From a virus (taxonomy: Duplodnaviria > Caudoviricetes): 64,000 bases of DNA. Under the pieces are notes generated by a model. That model had not been told where the DNA came from. It ran no database searches and saw nothing but the letters and a program-made list of their open reading frames with translations. Location of the stretch: IMG/VR virus record IMGVR_UViG_3300020049_008034, positions 1-64,000 of that record, one strand, 5' to 3'. This document shows positions 8,155 through 15,464 of this stretch, piece after piece. The number at the start of each line of letters is the position of its first letter. Position 1 is the first letter of the stretch. A program made the position numbers and the translations under genes.

Positions 8155-8293
8155 AGCTAACTCTAACAGTCGGCGCAATAGTCGCCGCCCTGGTCGCACA
8201 TGAGTGCTGGCCTATATCCTTAATGATAATCGGATTGTGTGTTAAGGTCGGGTATAACGATCTTAAGCAGTCTGGATGGTTTAAATCTAATTT

Positions 8294-8620
8294 ATGAAAA
8301 CTTTAATCTTTATTCTTTTTCCGTTCTTTTTGTCGGCTCAGGCCATCCGGGGCTTTGATGTTGAAATTCCTTGCCCTCAGTGCAAAACTGATTTGAATTT
8401 AGTCTTCCGGTCTACCGGAGGATTGGATTTAACCCTGGCTATTGGCGGAGGTCGGCAGTATGTGCAAATCTGCGATGAGCTTAAGCCAGCAGGGTTTAAG
8501 CTGTTGTCAAACGGTATCGAAATTTGTTTCGACGGGCGCAAAATCTTTTTTACGCAAAATGTTGCGTATGAAGGGATGAAACGTTATCTTTGTTCAACCT
8601 ATGGTGTTTTATCTCTATGA
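8294..8620 (+). CDS. Secreted protein with CxxC
   Basis: MKTLIFILFPFFLSA-Q signal-like N-terminus; CPQC. Confidence 0.7.
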   Translation: MKTLIFILFPFFLSAQAIRGFDVEIPCPQCKTDLNLVFRSTGGLDLTLAIGGGRQYVQICDELKPAGFKLLSNGIEICFDGRKIFFTQNVAYEGMKRYLCSTYGVLSL

Positions 8621-8763
8621 TCTGGAAAAAGGAAAACGGCGTGTGGGTTAGTGGGTTGTATAAAATCACTCCCATGCGCCACTTTTGTAAACTATTCTTT
8701 GATGAGAAATGGATTGGGAACTTTCAAACATTGGACGATGCGAAAGATTCTATTTCTGATTAG
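8617..8763 (+). pseudogene. Small ORF apparently broken by a 1-nt insertion
   Basis: MIWKKENGVW...KLFF stops at TGA; removing one T from TTCTTTTGAT continues as DEKWIGNFQTLDDAKDSISD. Confidence 0.35.
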
Positions 8764-8848
8764 CTTAATCGCGCTCTCATCCTGTGGCATCACTCGCCCG
8801 GATGGGTATAAGGCACACAAAAGCTGTGGGTATCATAAACCAAATTGA
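8738..8848 (+). CDS. Small lipoprotein (36 aa)
   Basis: MRKILFLISLIALSS-C lipobox-like N-terminus. Confidence 0.55.
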   Translation: MRKILFLISLIALSSCGITRPDGYKAHKSCGYHKPN

Positions 8849-8868
8849 TCATCATTAAATCTGAAATA

Positions 8869-9240
8869 ATGAACAAGAAGCTATTTAAGCGCTATAACAG
8901 CTATGACCGATACTGGGCAACTTTTGCTGTTGTTTCTGATGGAGAAATCACCCCTGATCCAGAATGGAAGGATGAAGAGGACGGGGTTTATCCTGAATTT
9001 ACTATTTACCAGTGCCACAATCCTTATGTGTGTGTCGAAGACTACATGGAAAAACAACGCCGACTAGATGAGTTGAGAGACAGGGTGTATGAACTGAAGA
9101 CTGAACAGGGCGTACTACTCGATTTGCTTAGATCTAAACTACCGTGCGATCAACCTATTTTGTTTGGCGAAGTTGTTGTTACGATGGACGAGGATGGGGT
9201 TATTTTATTTCAAAAAGCAATGTCATCCTCTGACTTGTGA
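8869..9240 (+). CDS. Hypothetical protein
   Basis: Start moved to MNKKL. Confidence 0.7.
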   Translation: MNKKLFKRYNSYDRYWATFAVVSDGEITPDPEWKDEEDGVYPEFTIYQCHNPYVCVEDYMEKQRRLDELRDRVYELKTEQGVLLDLLRSKLPCDQPILFGEVVVTMDEDGVILFQKAMSSSDL

Positions 9241-9599
9241 AATACCTACTCCTACTCCTGCCCTTCCCTCTCTTCTCGCAGATCACTCACTTGAAAACCG
9301 TTACCGCTCAGGTAATGGGATTCGGGGACAGGGAGCTTATTGCGATTACCTTTTATCGGGGAGATAAGATTGGATTTGATCTGGCCACCCATGAAGGGAA
9401 TTTGATTGGGAAGTGCGAGGTTATGTCTTTACGTCGCTCTCAGCGCACTATTGATAGCTCGGCGGTTCATAGGATCATCCGGGCTTTTAATGAGCGTGAG
9501 GAGCGTCGTAGAGGCACTGAAAGAGGGCAGGCGGTGGTGATTGGCATTTCTTTACTGTCAGCTAAGGCTTTAGTAGACTCAAAATTTGATTGGAAATGA
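9237..9599 (+). CDS. Secreted protein
   Basis: MKYLLLLLPFPLFS-Q signal-like N-terminus. Confidence 0.7.
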   Translation: MKYLLLLLPFPLFSQITHLKTVTAQVMGFGDRELIAITFYRGDKIGFDLATHEGNLIGKCEVMSLRRSQRTIDSSAVHRIIRAFNEREERRRGTERGQAVVIGISLLSAKALVDSKFDWK

Positions 9600-9736
9600 A
9601 GTATGAGATAAGATACCTAACTTTAGAGTTTAAAACAGAGTCAGTGATAGTTAGGGCTGCTAACGAACGTCATGCTGAGGAAGCATTCCGTTCTCGTTAC
9701 ATGTATTTCGACATTCTTTCAATCACAAAACTATGA
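9596..9736 (+). CDS. Small hypothetical protein (46 aa)
   Basis: Manual translation MKYEIRYLTLEF...SITKL; ATGA overlaps at both ends. Confidence 0.6.
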   Translation: MKYEIRYLTLEFKTESVIVRAANERHAEEAFRSRYMYFDILSITKL

Positions 9737-10173
9737 TCCTATTCATAATTTTTCACTTAACTTACATCTCTCGCTACACTCCCCTTGCTATGTCTGAACA
9801 GGCAAAGTTTGGAATTCCGTGGGAGATTACGATGGGTCAGGCTATACTGGAAGGGGCTAGGGGAGAGAGTGACATCGCTAAGGTGTGTAATAATCACTTT
9901 GGGATGAAATGTCACGAGCGGAACTGTTCATCCGGGCATTGTACGCCGATGCTAGACAACTTAGAAGGCCGTGTAAGCCGTTTCCGGAGGTTTAATACGG
10001 TTTGGGAGTCTTATAGGGCTCACAGTGTAAAGCTGTCGTCAGAGCCACGCTACGCCCCTCTACGGGGATTAGATTGGAGAAGCTACGCCTACGGACTGGA
10101 GAGATGCGGTTGGTCTACTGACCCTGAGTATGCAGAGAAACTCATTCGTGTCATTGAAACAAATTTGAAATGA
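9733..10173 (+). CDS. GH73 glucosaminidase / FlgJ-like peptidoglycan hydrolase
   Basis: GIPWEITMGQAILEG..SDIA..NNHFGMK...FRRF..VWES...WSTDPEYAEKL matches the GH73 pattern. Confidence 0.85.
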   Translation: MILFIIFHLTYISRYTPLAMSEQAKFGIPWEITMGQAILEGARGESDIAKVCNNHFGMKCHERNCSSGHCTPMLDNLEGRVSRFRRFNTVWESYRAHSVKLSSEPRYAPLRGLDWRSYAYGLERCGWSTDPEYAEKLIRVIETNLK

Positions 10174-10496
10174 GAGTAGTAAATGTAAAAACAAAGTATG
10201 GGGAGTGCAGGATTTACACTGACGCCCCGGATGAAAAGCTTGAAGGGTATACCTTTAGCGACCAGCTTGAGAGGGGGCTTAAAAAACAGGGTTACAGTGC
10301 TAGGGTTCTTAAAAGGTATTGGTTTTCAGAAAAACAAATGAATCACCCCCCTATGGTATGGACCCACTCGAATGGCACACATGAAACTATAAGGACAAAA
10401 GTTCACTACATTAACGGAAAGCCATACACGATGATCGGAGATGAATGTCTGTTGGATGATGCCGTATTAGTTCACGATGATGAAACAAATTTATGA
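10170..10496 (+). CDS. Hypothetical protein
   Basis: ORF track; coupled overlap. Confidence 0.7.
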   Translation: MRVVNVKTKYGECRIYTDAPDEKLEGYTFSDQLERGLKKQGYSARVLKRYWFSEKQMNHPPMVWTHSNGTHETIRTKVHYINGKPYTMIGDECLLDDAVLVHDDETNL

Positions 10497-10717
10497 AAGC
10501 ATTTTATGTGTTGTGGGATGGGAGCCATTATCTTTACAATGATCCTGTTCTATTGGAGCGACATGGTGTGGCTTCGTACACTGAATACATGGGGGAAGCT
10601 ATGCAATTCGATACCCTACCTCAAGCATTGGATTTCGCATCCGGGCTTTCGCTGGATGTTTTGAAAGTTGAGATCAGTTACGCTTATAGTCGGGATTTGT
10701 TCACTAATAAATTTTAA
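10493..10717 (+). CDS. Hypothetical protein
   Basis: ORF track. Confidence 0.7.
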   Translation: MKAFYVLWDGSHYLYNDPVLLERHGVASYTEYMGEAMQFDTLPQALDFASGLSLDVLKVEISYAYSRDLFTNKF

Positions 10718-10720
10718 ATC

Positions 10721-11077
10721 ATGTATCAACAAATTGAAGTCTTATTGGCTATGATTGGGACTTATCCTGAGAAGCCTAAGAAGCCCGTGTTGCTTACTGG
10801 AGCAAACTCGGATGACATGCGAAAGTATGCTGATGCTTTTGATGTCTTTCAAGCCAAGTTTGCAGAGTTTGAGGCAAATAGGCTGGAGTATTACCAGCGA
10901 AAAGGCGAGGTTGAGCACGAGATCACTGATCTGATCAACCGGGAATCAGGCTTGCTTAATATTCCTGAGCAGTACCGAGCTAAAATCTGGTCTATTGCAT
11001 GGGAAGAAGGGCATAGTGCTGGGTATCACGAGGTATATCAATGGCTGTGTCGATTGGTTGAAATTTTTGAAAACTAA
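10721..11077 (+). CDS. Hypothetical protein
   Basis: ORF track; AWEEGHSAGYHEV. Confidence 0.75.
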   Translation: MYQQIEVLLAMIGTYPEKPKKPVLLTGANSDDMRKYADAFDVFQAKFAEFEANRLEYYQRKGEVEHEITDLINRESGLLNIPEQYRAKIWSIAWEEGHSAGYHEVYQWLCRLVEIFEN

Positions 11078-11082
11078 AAACT

Positions 11083-11271
11083 ATGTACTACATCAAGTGG
11101 AGTGAATTTTATGTGCGAATGCTTTTGGGTTACGTGTCGGTACACAAAGAGCCTTTAGCTTTTCATGGCGACCTTGAGGACGCTCAGGAAGAAGCGGTTA
11201 AGATTGCTAAATTTTTAGGCCAGACCGTCAACGTCTTTAAGGTTGAGTTAGTCTGCGAGGTTGAACCGTAG
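11083..11271 (+). CDS. Hypothetical protein
   Basis: ORF track. Confidence 0.65.
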   Translation: MYYIKWSEFYVRMLLGYVSVHKEPLAFHGDLEDAQEEAVKIAKFLGQTVNVFKVELVCEVEP

Positions 11272-11302
11272 TTGCAGGAGTGAAAAGTTTTTATTATCTT
11301 TG
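11272..11302 (+). promoter_or_regulatory. Bacteroidota-type promoter
   Basis: TTG (11272), N20, TATCTTTG (11295-11302). Confidence 0.75.
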
Positions 11303-11393
11303 CAGTGCCGAAATTAAGTGGCTAGTAAATTGGTTTTTATCAATAGTTGATTTAACTTTGTATTTATTTCGCATAAAGGTAAAAACCAATTTC

Positions 11394-11422
11394 AGGGGCA
11401 CTCATTTTGAGGCCCCTTTTTT
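11394..11422 (+). terminator. Intrinsic terminator in the leader of the wHTH gene
   Basis: AGGGGC...GCCCCT followed by a T run. Confidence 0.6.
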
Positions 11423-11443
11423 AATTTAAACGCCTTATGTGAA

Positions 11444-12067
11444 ATGAATGAAAAGTATAAAATCATCCACGAGTCACACGCTCGATTCTTATCTGACTCC
11501 GAGTACAGAGTCCTCCTCTCCATTAATATGTTCCAGAATGTCGGCAAAGAGCTCGTATCTGTAGATATGATAGCTAAGGATTGTCTTATGGGAGAAAAGA
11601 CCGTAGACAGGAGCTTGGCTGCGCTGAAAGAACGCTCCTTGATTGCTTGGGAACGAACACTTAAAGTCAAAGAGGGATATAATCAATGGTGGAATGTGTA
11701 TGATATAAACTTTGAACTTAAACTACCGAAGCCCGGATGGAATTCAAGCTTAAGGTTGGTAGACACAAGGTGCTTTGAAGGCGCTCCGGCTTGGGCCTGT
11801 TGGTTTACTGCCGTGTGTCATTCCGCTAGGGGGTTTTCAGATGATCCGCAAGTCCGAAGCATTGTCCGAATGGCGGAGTATTGCGGATTAGATAGACGCA
11901 CAGTGAGCAAGTATAAAGACATCTTAACCGCGCATAAAAGAGGGCTATACATTATGGACAACAACTTTCGCCTGAACGGGTGCATGCTGTTTTATAAGAA
12001 GGATAATGTGGTCAAAATGACCGATATTTGCCCAATCCCCGAGAATAAAAAATGGACAAAGCTTTAA
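11444..12067 (+). CDS. Tandem winged-HTH protein, probable replication initiator
   Basis: Two wHTH-like segments (LSDSEYRVLL...IAKDCLMGEKTVDRSLAALKERSLI; MAEYCGLDRRTVSKY); followed directly by iterons. Confidence 0.65.
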   Translation: MNEKYKIIHESHARFLSDSEYRVLLSINMFQNVGKELVSVDMIAKDCLMGEKTVDRSLAALKERSLIAWERTLKVKEGYNQWWNVYDINFELKLPKPGWNSSLRLVDTRCFEGAPAWACWFTAVCHSARGFSDDPQVRSIVRMAEYCGLDRRTVSKYKDILTAHKRGLYIMDNNFRLNGCMLFYKKDNVVKMTDICPIPENKKWTKL

Positions 12068-12068
12068 A

Positions 12069-12133
12069 GAATGTACAAAAAAGACCCACCCGAATGTACA
12101 AAAAAGACCCACCCGAATGTACAAAAAAGACCC
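12069..12133 (+). repeat. 23-bp direct repeats (iteron-like), 2.8 copies
   Basis: GAATGTACAAAAAAGACCCACCC at 12069 and 12092; first 19 nt again at 12115. Confidence 0.9.
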
Positions 12134-12144
12134 TTACTATAAGA

Positions 12145-12172
12145 AGGGGTATTTACTTACATAAATACCCCT
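12145..12172. repeat. 11-bp inverted repeat next to the iterons
   Basis: AGGGGTATTTA-N6-TAAATACCCCT. Confidence 0.8.
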
Positions 12173-12373
12173 AAGAAAAAAAAAGAACATGTTAGGGTTA
12201 AAAGAGCACTTCGTGCAAACCCTGACGGGAGTCTATTGGAATTAATATTTATTAACAACTATTACCTCTTAAGACGTAATATTAAATTTGCCACAAACGG
12301 GAGCTTCGCTCCCCGCTCCAAGCGAACCTAGGCAGAAGAAGTAATAAGAGATTTAATAAATAATTGTGGAACA

Positions 12374-12410
12374 CCCCCAACCCCCCAATTGCGCGCCACC
12401 CCCCTCCCCC
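12374..12410 (-). other. Potential G-quadruplex on the minus strand
   Basis: Four C runs on + (5, 6, 6, 5 nt); minus-strand loops of 1, 12 and 2 nt. Confidence 0.55.
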
Positions 12411-12477
12411 GGATTTGCCGGAATAAACAAGGAACGCACGCAATTATGGGTTTCAGTGAATTTTTCACCCCAAAAAC

Positions 12478-12530
12478 TTGCATATATCCCGGATGATTCC
12501 ATACATTTGCAAAACGGGAATTCATCCGGG
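12478..12530 (+). promoter_or_regulatory. Promoter with two inverted motif copies (operator-like)
   Basis: TTG (12478), N21 containing CCCGGATGA, TACATTTG (12502-12509), TTCATCCGGG at 12521. Confidence 0.7.
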
Positions 12531-12546
12531 CCTTTAATTTAAAAAC

Positions 12547-12759
12547 ATGACTGACAAGCAATTTCAAAAACTAATCGATAGGTGTGTCAAGGCAGCTAAA
12601 TTGCACCACGCGCTCCTACAAGATGCTGAGGCAGAATACGAGCGTCGGTTTGGGTTCAACCCGTCTGACGTAGATGATGACTTTTGGATTGATTCTTTAC
12701 ATCACGGAGTTGAGGTTACGGTTGCGCAAATTACCGAGAACGCTGAGTTTCATGGTTAA
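12547..12759 (+). CDS. Hypothetical protein
   Basis: ORF track; stop followed by the variant TTCATCTGGG. Confidence 0.75.
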   Translation: MTDKQFQKLIDRCVKAAKLHHALLQDAEAEYERRFGFNPSDVDDDFWIDSLHHGVEVTVAQITENAEFHG

Positions 12760-12787
12760 TTCATCTGGGATTTAAAAACTTAAAACA

Positions 12788-13240
12788 ATGGAACAAGTAG
12801 CAGAAGCATTAAAGCAACTTCGTGTCAACAACAAATGGAATCAGGAATTTATCGACGCAATAGAAGAAGAGTGTGATTGCGAAGACATCAATATTTGGCA
12901 ATCCGAAATCGAATCCGTACTAAACGCGATAATTTCAATCTACGAAAAGAAAGCCCCGATCATTGAATGGCACGCTCACAACACCCCAGTCGCCTTTACA
13001 CCTCCCGTGGATTTAGTGTGGAACCACGACGTTACCGGAGAGCTATATGACTACATGTATTTTGTGGTGAATAAATTCCCTGAACATGCAAACAAGTGGA
13101 CCGATGGAAAATTCGGGGGGAAGTGCTTTGAAATAGGGGATGAGCAGTTCATCACCACCGAAGGAGTACGAGGAATTGGATACAAGGCAGTAATTGCTTT
13201 CGATGAGAATGGGAATGGGATTGTATTCTTCAGGGTTTAA
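12788..13240 (+). CDS. Hypothetical protein
   Basis: ORF track. Confidence 0.75.
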   Translation: MEQVAEALKQLRVNNKWNQEFIDAIEEECDCEDINIWQSEIESVLNAIISIYEKKAPIIEWHAHNTPVAFTPPVDLVWNHDVTGELYDYMYFVVNKFPEHANKWTDGKFGGKCFEIGDEQFITTEGVRGIGYKAVIAFDENGNGIVFFRV

Positions 13241-13318
13241 ATCCTCACCACGCCACTTTTATTTAAAAGATGATACTTGTATCGGGAATAAAATAAAAGT
13301 TGCTTAAAACGCTTTAAA

Positions 13319-13519
13319 ATGGATCATCCATACGTATTAGGAAAACATCTTCAGACCGAGACCAACAATCCGGATGAACAAATTGTCATTGACAAAGATC
13401 TTCTTCGAGACATCCGGGATCATTTCGCCTATGATGCGTGGGACAAAGCAAACACTTCTTCGGAGATTCTTTTAGAGAAACTAGATTCGCTTTATCCGTT
13501 TTTAAATCAACCAAAATGA
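13319..13519 (+). CDS. Hypothetical protein
   Basis: ORF track. Confidence 0.65.
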   Translation: MDHPYVLGKHLQTETNNPDEQIVIDKDLLRDIRDHFAYDAWDKANTSSEILLEKLDSLYPFLNQPK

Positions 13520-13704
13520 TAAAAGTAAAGTACATACCAAACCAAACATCGAGATCAGAAACATTCAACTATTCTGATTTTGGCTTTTCACAAGAAGAGT
13601 GGATGGCGCTCAACGATGATGAAAAAATTGAAATGCTGAATGAGGGTATGGAGCACGAACCTCCGTATTGGACAGTTGATTATTTCACCGAAGAACCAGA
13701 ATAA
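13516..13704 (+). CDS. Hypothetical protein
   Basis: Start moved to MIKVK. Confidence 0.65.
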   Translation: MIKVKYIPNQTSRSETFNYSDFGFSQEEWMALNDDEKIEMLNEGMEHEPPYWTVDYFTEEPE

Positions 13705-13705
13705 T

Positions 13706-14068
13706 ATGGAACATTTCTTTATTGAAGATCGCTTTTACTCCGATCTTGATGATTTTATCAATGATCTTTTCCCCGAAGACGGAGCCGTGGAGGAGCTGGA
13801 GGATGATTGGTCCATCCGGGTTCAGGAATCGAAATTGGAGCCGATGTTTCAATTGGAAGACATCGCTGATTACGCCTTTGATCGAATCTTTGACAGATTT
13901 GAAGAGCGATTCAGTCACGAATCAGACGAACAAGATGAAGACATCTGTCAAGCACTAAACGAGTGTTTTGACGCAGAGAAATTCAACTCACTCGTTCCGA
14001 AGCTCCATTACCCTACTGTGCTCACGACGATTACTAAACAAGATTTATTGGATTATTTAAACGATTGA
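13706..14068 (+). CDS. Acidic hypothetical protein
   Basis: Start moved to MEHFF; very D/E rich. Confidence 0.7.
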   Translation: MEHFFIEDRFYSDLDDFINDLFPEDGAVEELEDDWSIRVQESKLEPMFQLEDIADYAFDRIFDRFEERFSHESDEQDEDICQALNECFDAEKFNSLVPKLHYPTVLTTITKQDLLDYLND

Positions 14069-14069
14069 T

Positions 14070-14411
14070 ATGGTAATCAACGACACCGAATACCAGCTCC
14101 CTGAGCATATCGAGCGATACATCATTCAAATCGCAGAACAAATTAAAGCCCGTGGCGAAAAAGGTGCTGATGAATTAATTCAGTACAACCGCACTGAAGG
14201 CGAAATTATTTACCGGAGAACTGGTAGATCAACTCGGATTGTGGATGCTGCAATTCAGCAACTATTCCCCATCGGAGATGTGTTCATCCGGGATCACTAT
14301 GACAGAAGAGAAGGTCATCAACGACTAGCGAGTATTATGAAGCGAAGACTCGACACAGAACACGGAGGCAGGTATAAATTCGATAAAAAAGAACTAAAGT
14401 TCACACTATGA
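14070..14411 (+). CDS. Hypothetical protein with P-loop-like RRTGRST
   Basis: ORF track. Confidence 0.7.
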   Translation: MVINDTEYQLPEHIERYIIQIAEQIKARGEKGADELIQYNRTEGEIIYRRTGRSTRIVDAAIQQLFPIGDVFIRDHYDRREGHQRLASIMKRRLDTEHGGRYKFDKKELKFTL

Positions 14412-14641
14412 CCATCGACCAAATGAATGAAATCGCAGAGTGGCTTAGCCCTCTTGATAAGTACGGAATTAGTTGGAACCCTGAGTATGACTGGAAAATA
14501 TACATCAACCTACCATCTCAGATCATTCCTCTCTACTTTAAAGATACCGAACTTGGGATTGCGGTAGAGAATGCAGCAGAAACATGGGAGTTGTGTAGGG
14601 TTACTACAGTCTGGGAACAAATTTGTCTAAGAAATTTATAG
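14408..14641 (+). CDS. Hypothetical protein
   Basis: ORF track. Confidence 0.7.
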   Translation: MTIDQMNEIAEWLSPLDKYGISWNPEYDWKIYINLPSQIIPLYFKDTELGIAVENAAETWELCRVTTVWEQICLRNL

Positions 14642-14647
14642 AAAAAC

Positions 14648-14678
14648 TTGCATGATTGAATTGGAGTGTTTATATTTG
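14648..14678 (+). promoter_or_regulatory. Promoter upstream of the ncRNA island
   Basis: TTG (14648), N20, TATATTTG (14671-14678). Confidence 0.7.
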
Positions 14679-14849
14679 TGTTCGTTATATTGAAGCGCAC
14701 AAGCTTAAACCAAAATCCACGACCATGTAGTTTTTAAAAATAAACTGAAGTACTCTAGGAGTTAGTAGGTTTACAGACTGACCAATAAGGGGAAAAAACG
14801 ATTTTTATTATCATCCGGGCTTTAAATACGATTAGACCCCGGATGAACC

Positions 14850-14952
14850 AAGAGATCAGATAGCGAGCTGGCCCGCATGGGTGATCAATAAACGGTGCAA
14901 ACAAGAGTCTAACTCCCGAAGCTGTAAGCGATTTGCCTGATCTCTTTTTTTT
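14850..14952 (+). ncRNA. Structured RNA A, family unknown
   Basis: Closed by the perfect 10-bp pair AAGAGATCAG/CTGATCTCTT, followed by a T run. Confidence 0.5.
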
Positions 14953-15018
14953 ACGACTCTGGAGCAGAAGGAGTCGCCCGGATGAATACCCTCTAAGCTT
15001 TTGTGGCGGCGAGGTGAC

Positions 15019-15090
15019 TTTGCAGTAGTTTAGTGGCGAAAATACTCTGCGTGTAGCGGGGCGACGTCGGTTCGAATCCGGCCTGTAAAG
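15019..15090 (+). tRNA. Non-canonical tRNA, nominal anticodon TGT (Thr) with G33
   Basis: TTTGCAG/CTGTAAA acceptor, GTTT/AAAT D stem, CTCTG-CGTGTAG-CGGGG anticodon arm, GTCGG-TTCGAAT-CCGGC T arm, followed by G-CAA. Confidence 0.7.
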
Positions 15091-15095
15091 CAAAC

Positions 15096-15181
15096 TTGAT
15101 AGGTAGAGGGCAGATGGCTTAGCCCGACCGCTACGTGAAAGTCGTAACGGAAACTTGCGGGTTCGAATCCCGTCTATCGAG
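15096..15181 (+). tRNA. tRNA-like RNA with atypical anticodon arm
   Basis: TTGATAG/CTATCGA acceptor, GGGC/GCCC D stem, GCGGG-TTCGAAT-CCCGT T arm; 8-bp arm CCG-C-TACG-[TGAAAGT]-CGTA-A-CGG. Confidence 0.55.
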
Positions 15182-15275
15182 CGCAGTCGACAACGCCTGT
15201 TTAGCGTCCTCTTGCGCGAAAACAGTAACCTAAAACGCCAATGCGCGTAAAGAGAGTGACTCCGATACAATCGGA
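15182..15275 (+). ncRNA. Structured RNA C (possible pseudoknot plus hairpin)
   Basis: CTCTTGCGCG/CGCGTAAAGAG stem; loop AAACAG complementary to upstream CTGTTT; TCCGAT-ACA-ATCGGA hairpin. Confidence 0.4.
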
Positions 15276-15284
15276 TCATCCGGG

Positions 15285-15377
15285 CGGCTAAAGCAAGCTC
15301 AGTAAAAGCCTTGCAAGGGGAGGATGCAGTACTCGGTGCTGTGTAGGGTTCGACGCCCTCCCTAGCTTAGCTTAGAG
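15285..15377 (+). ncRNA. Degenerate tRNA-like RNA D
   Basis: AGGG-TTCGACG-CCCT T arm, GCT-CAGTAAA-AGC D-like arm, 7-bp variable-like arm GCAGTAC/GTGCTGT, weak acceptor stem. Confidence 0.4.
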
Positions 15378-15390
15378 CCCGGATGAACAC

Positions 15391-15464
15391 AGCGGAGTAG
15401 CGCAGTTGGTTAGCGCGGGAGGCTCATAACCTCTAGGTCGTCGGTTCAAATCCGGCCTCCGCAA
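15391..15464 (+). tRNA. tRNA-Met (CAT), initiator-like 1:72 mismatch
   Basis: AGCGGAG/CTCCGCA acceptor, GCGC/GCGC D stem, GGAGG-CTCATAA-CCTCT, GTCGG-TTCAAAT-CCGGC; ends A-CAA with no encoded CCA. Confidence 0.92.

Noticed and set aside
15126-15152. Group II intron domain V look-alike (GACCGC...GAAA...ACGG)
   Set aside because: Too short, embedded between tRNA D and T arms, and no intron RT or domain VI nearby.
15182-15275. Theta/HDV-like ribozyme after the tRNA-like gene
   Set aside because: TCCTC is present but there is no room for both P3 and P1 3' strands, and no GG for P1.1.
14755-15279. 174-aa minus-strand ORF across the RNA island
   Set aside because: Arg/Ser-rich antisense reading of structured RNA genes, no start context.
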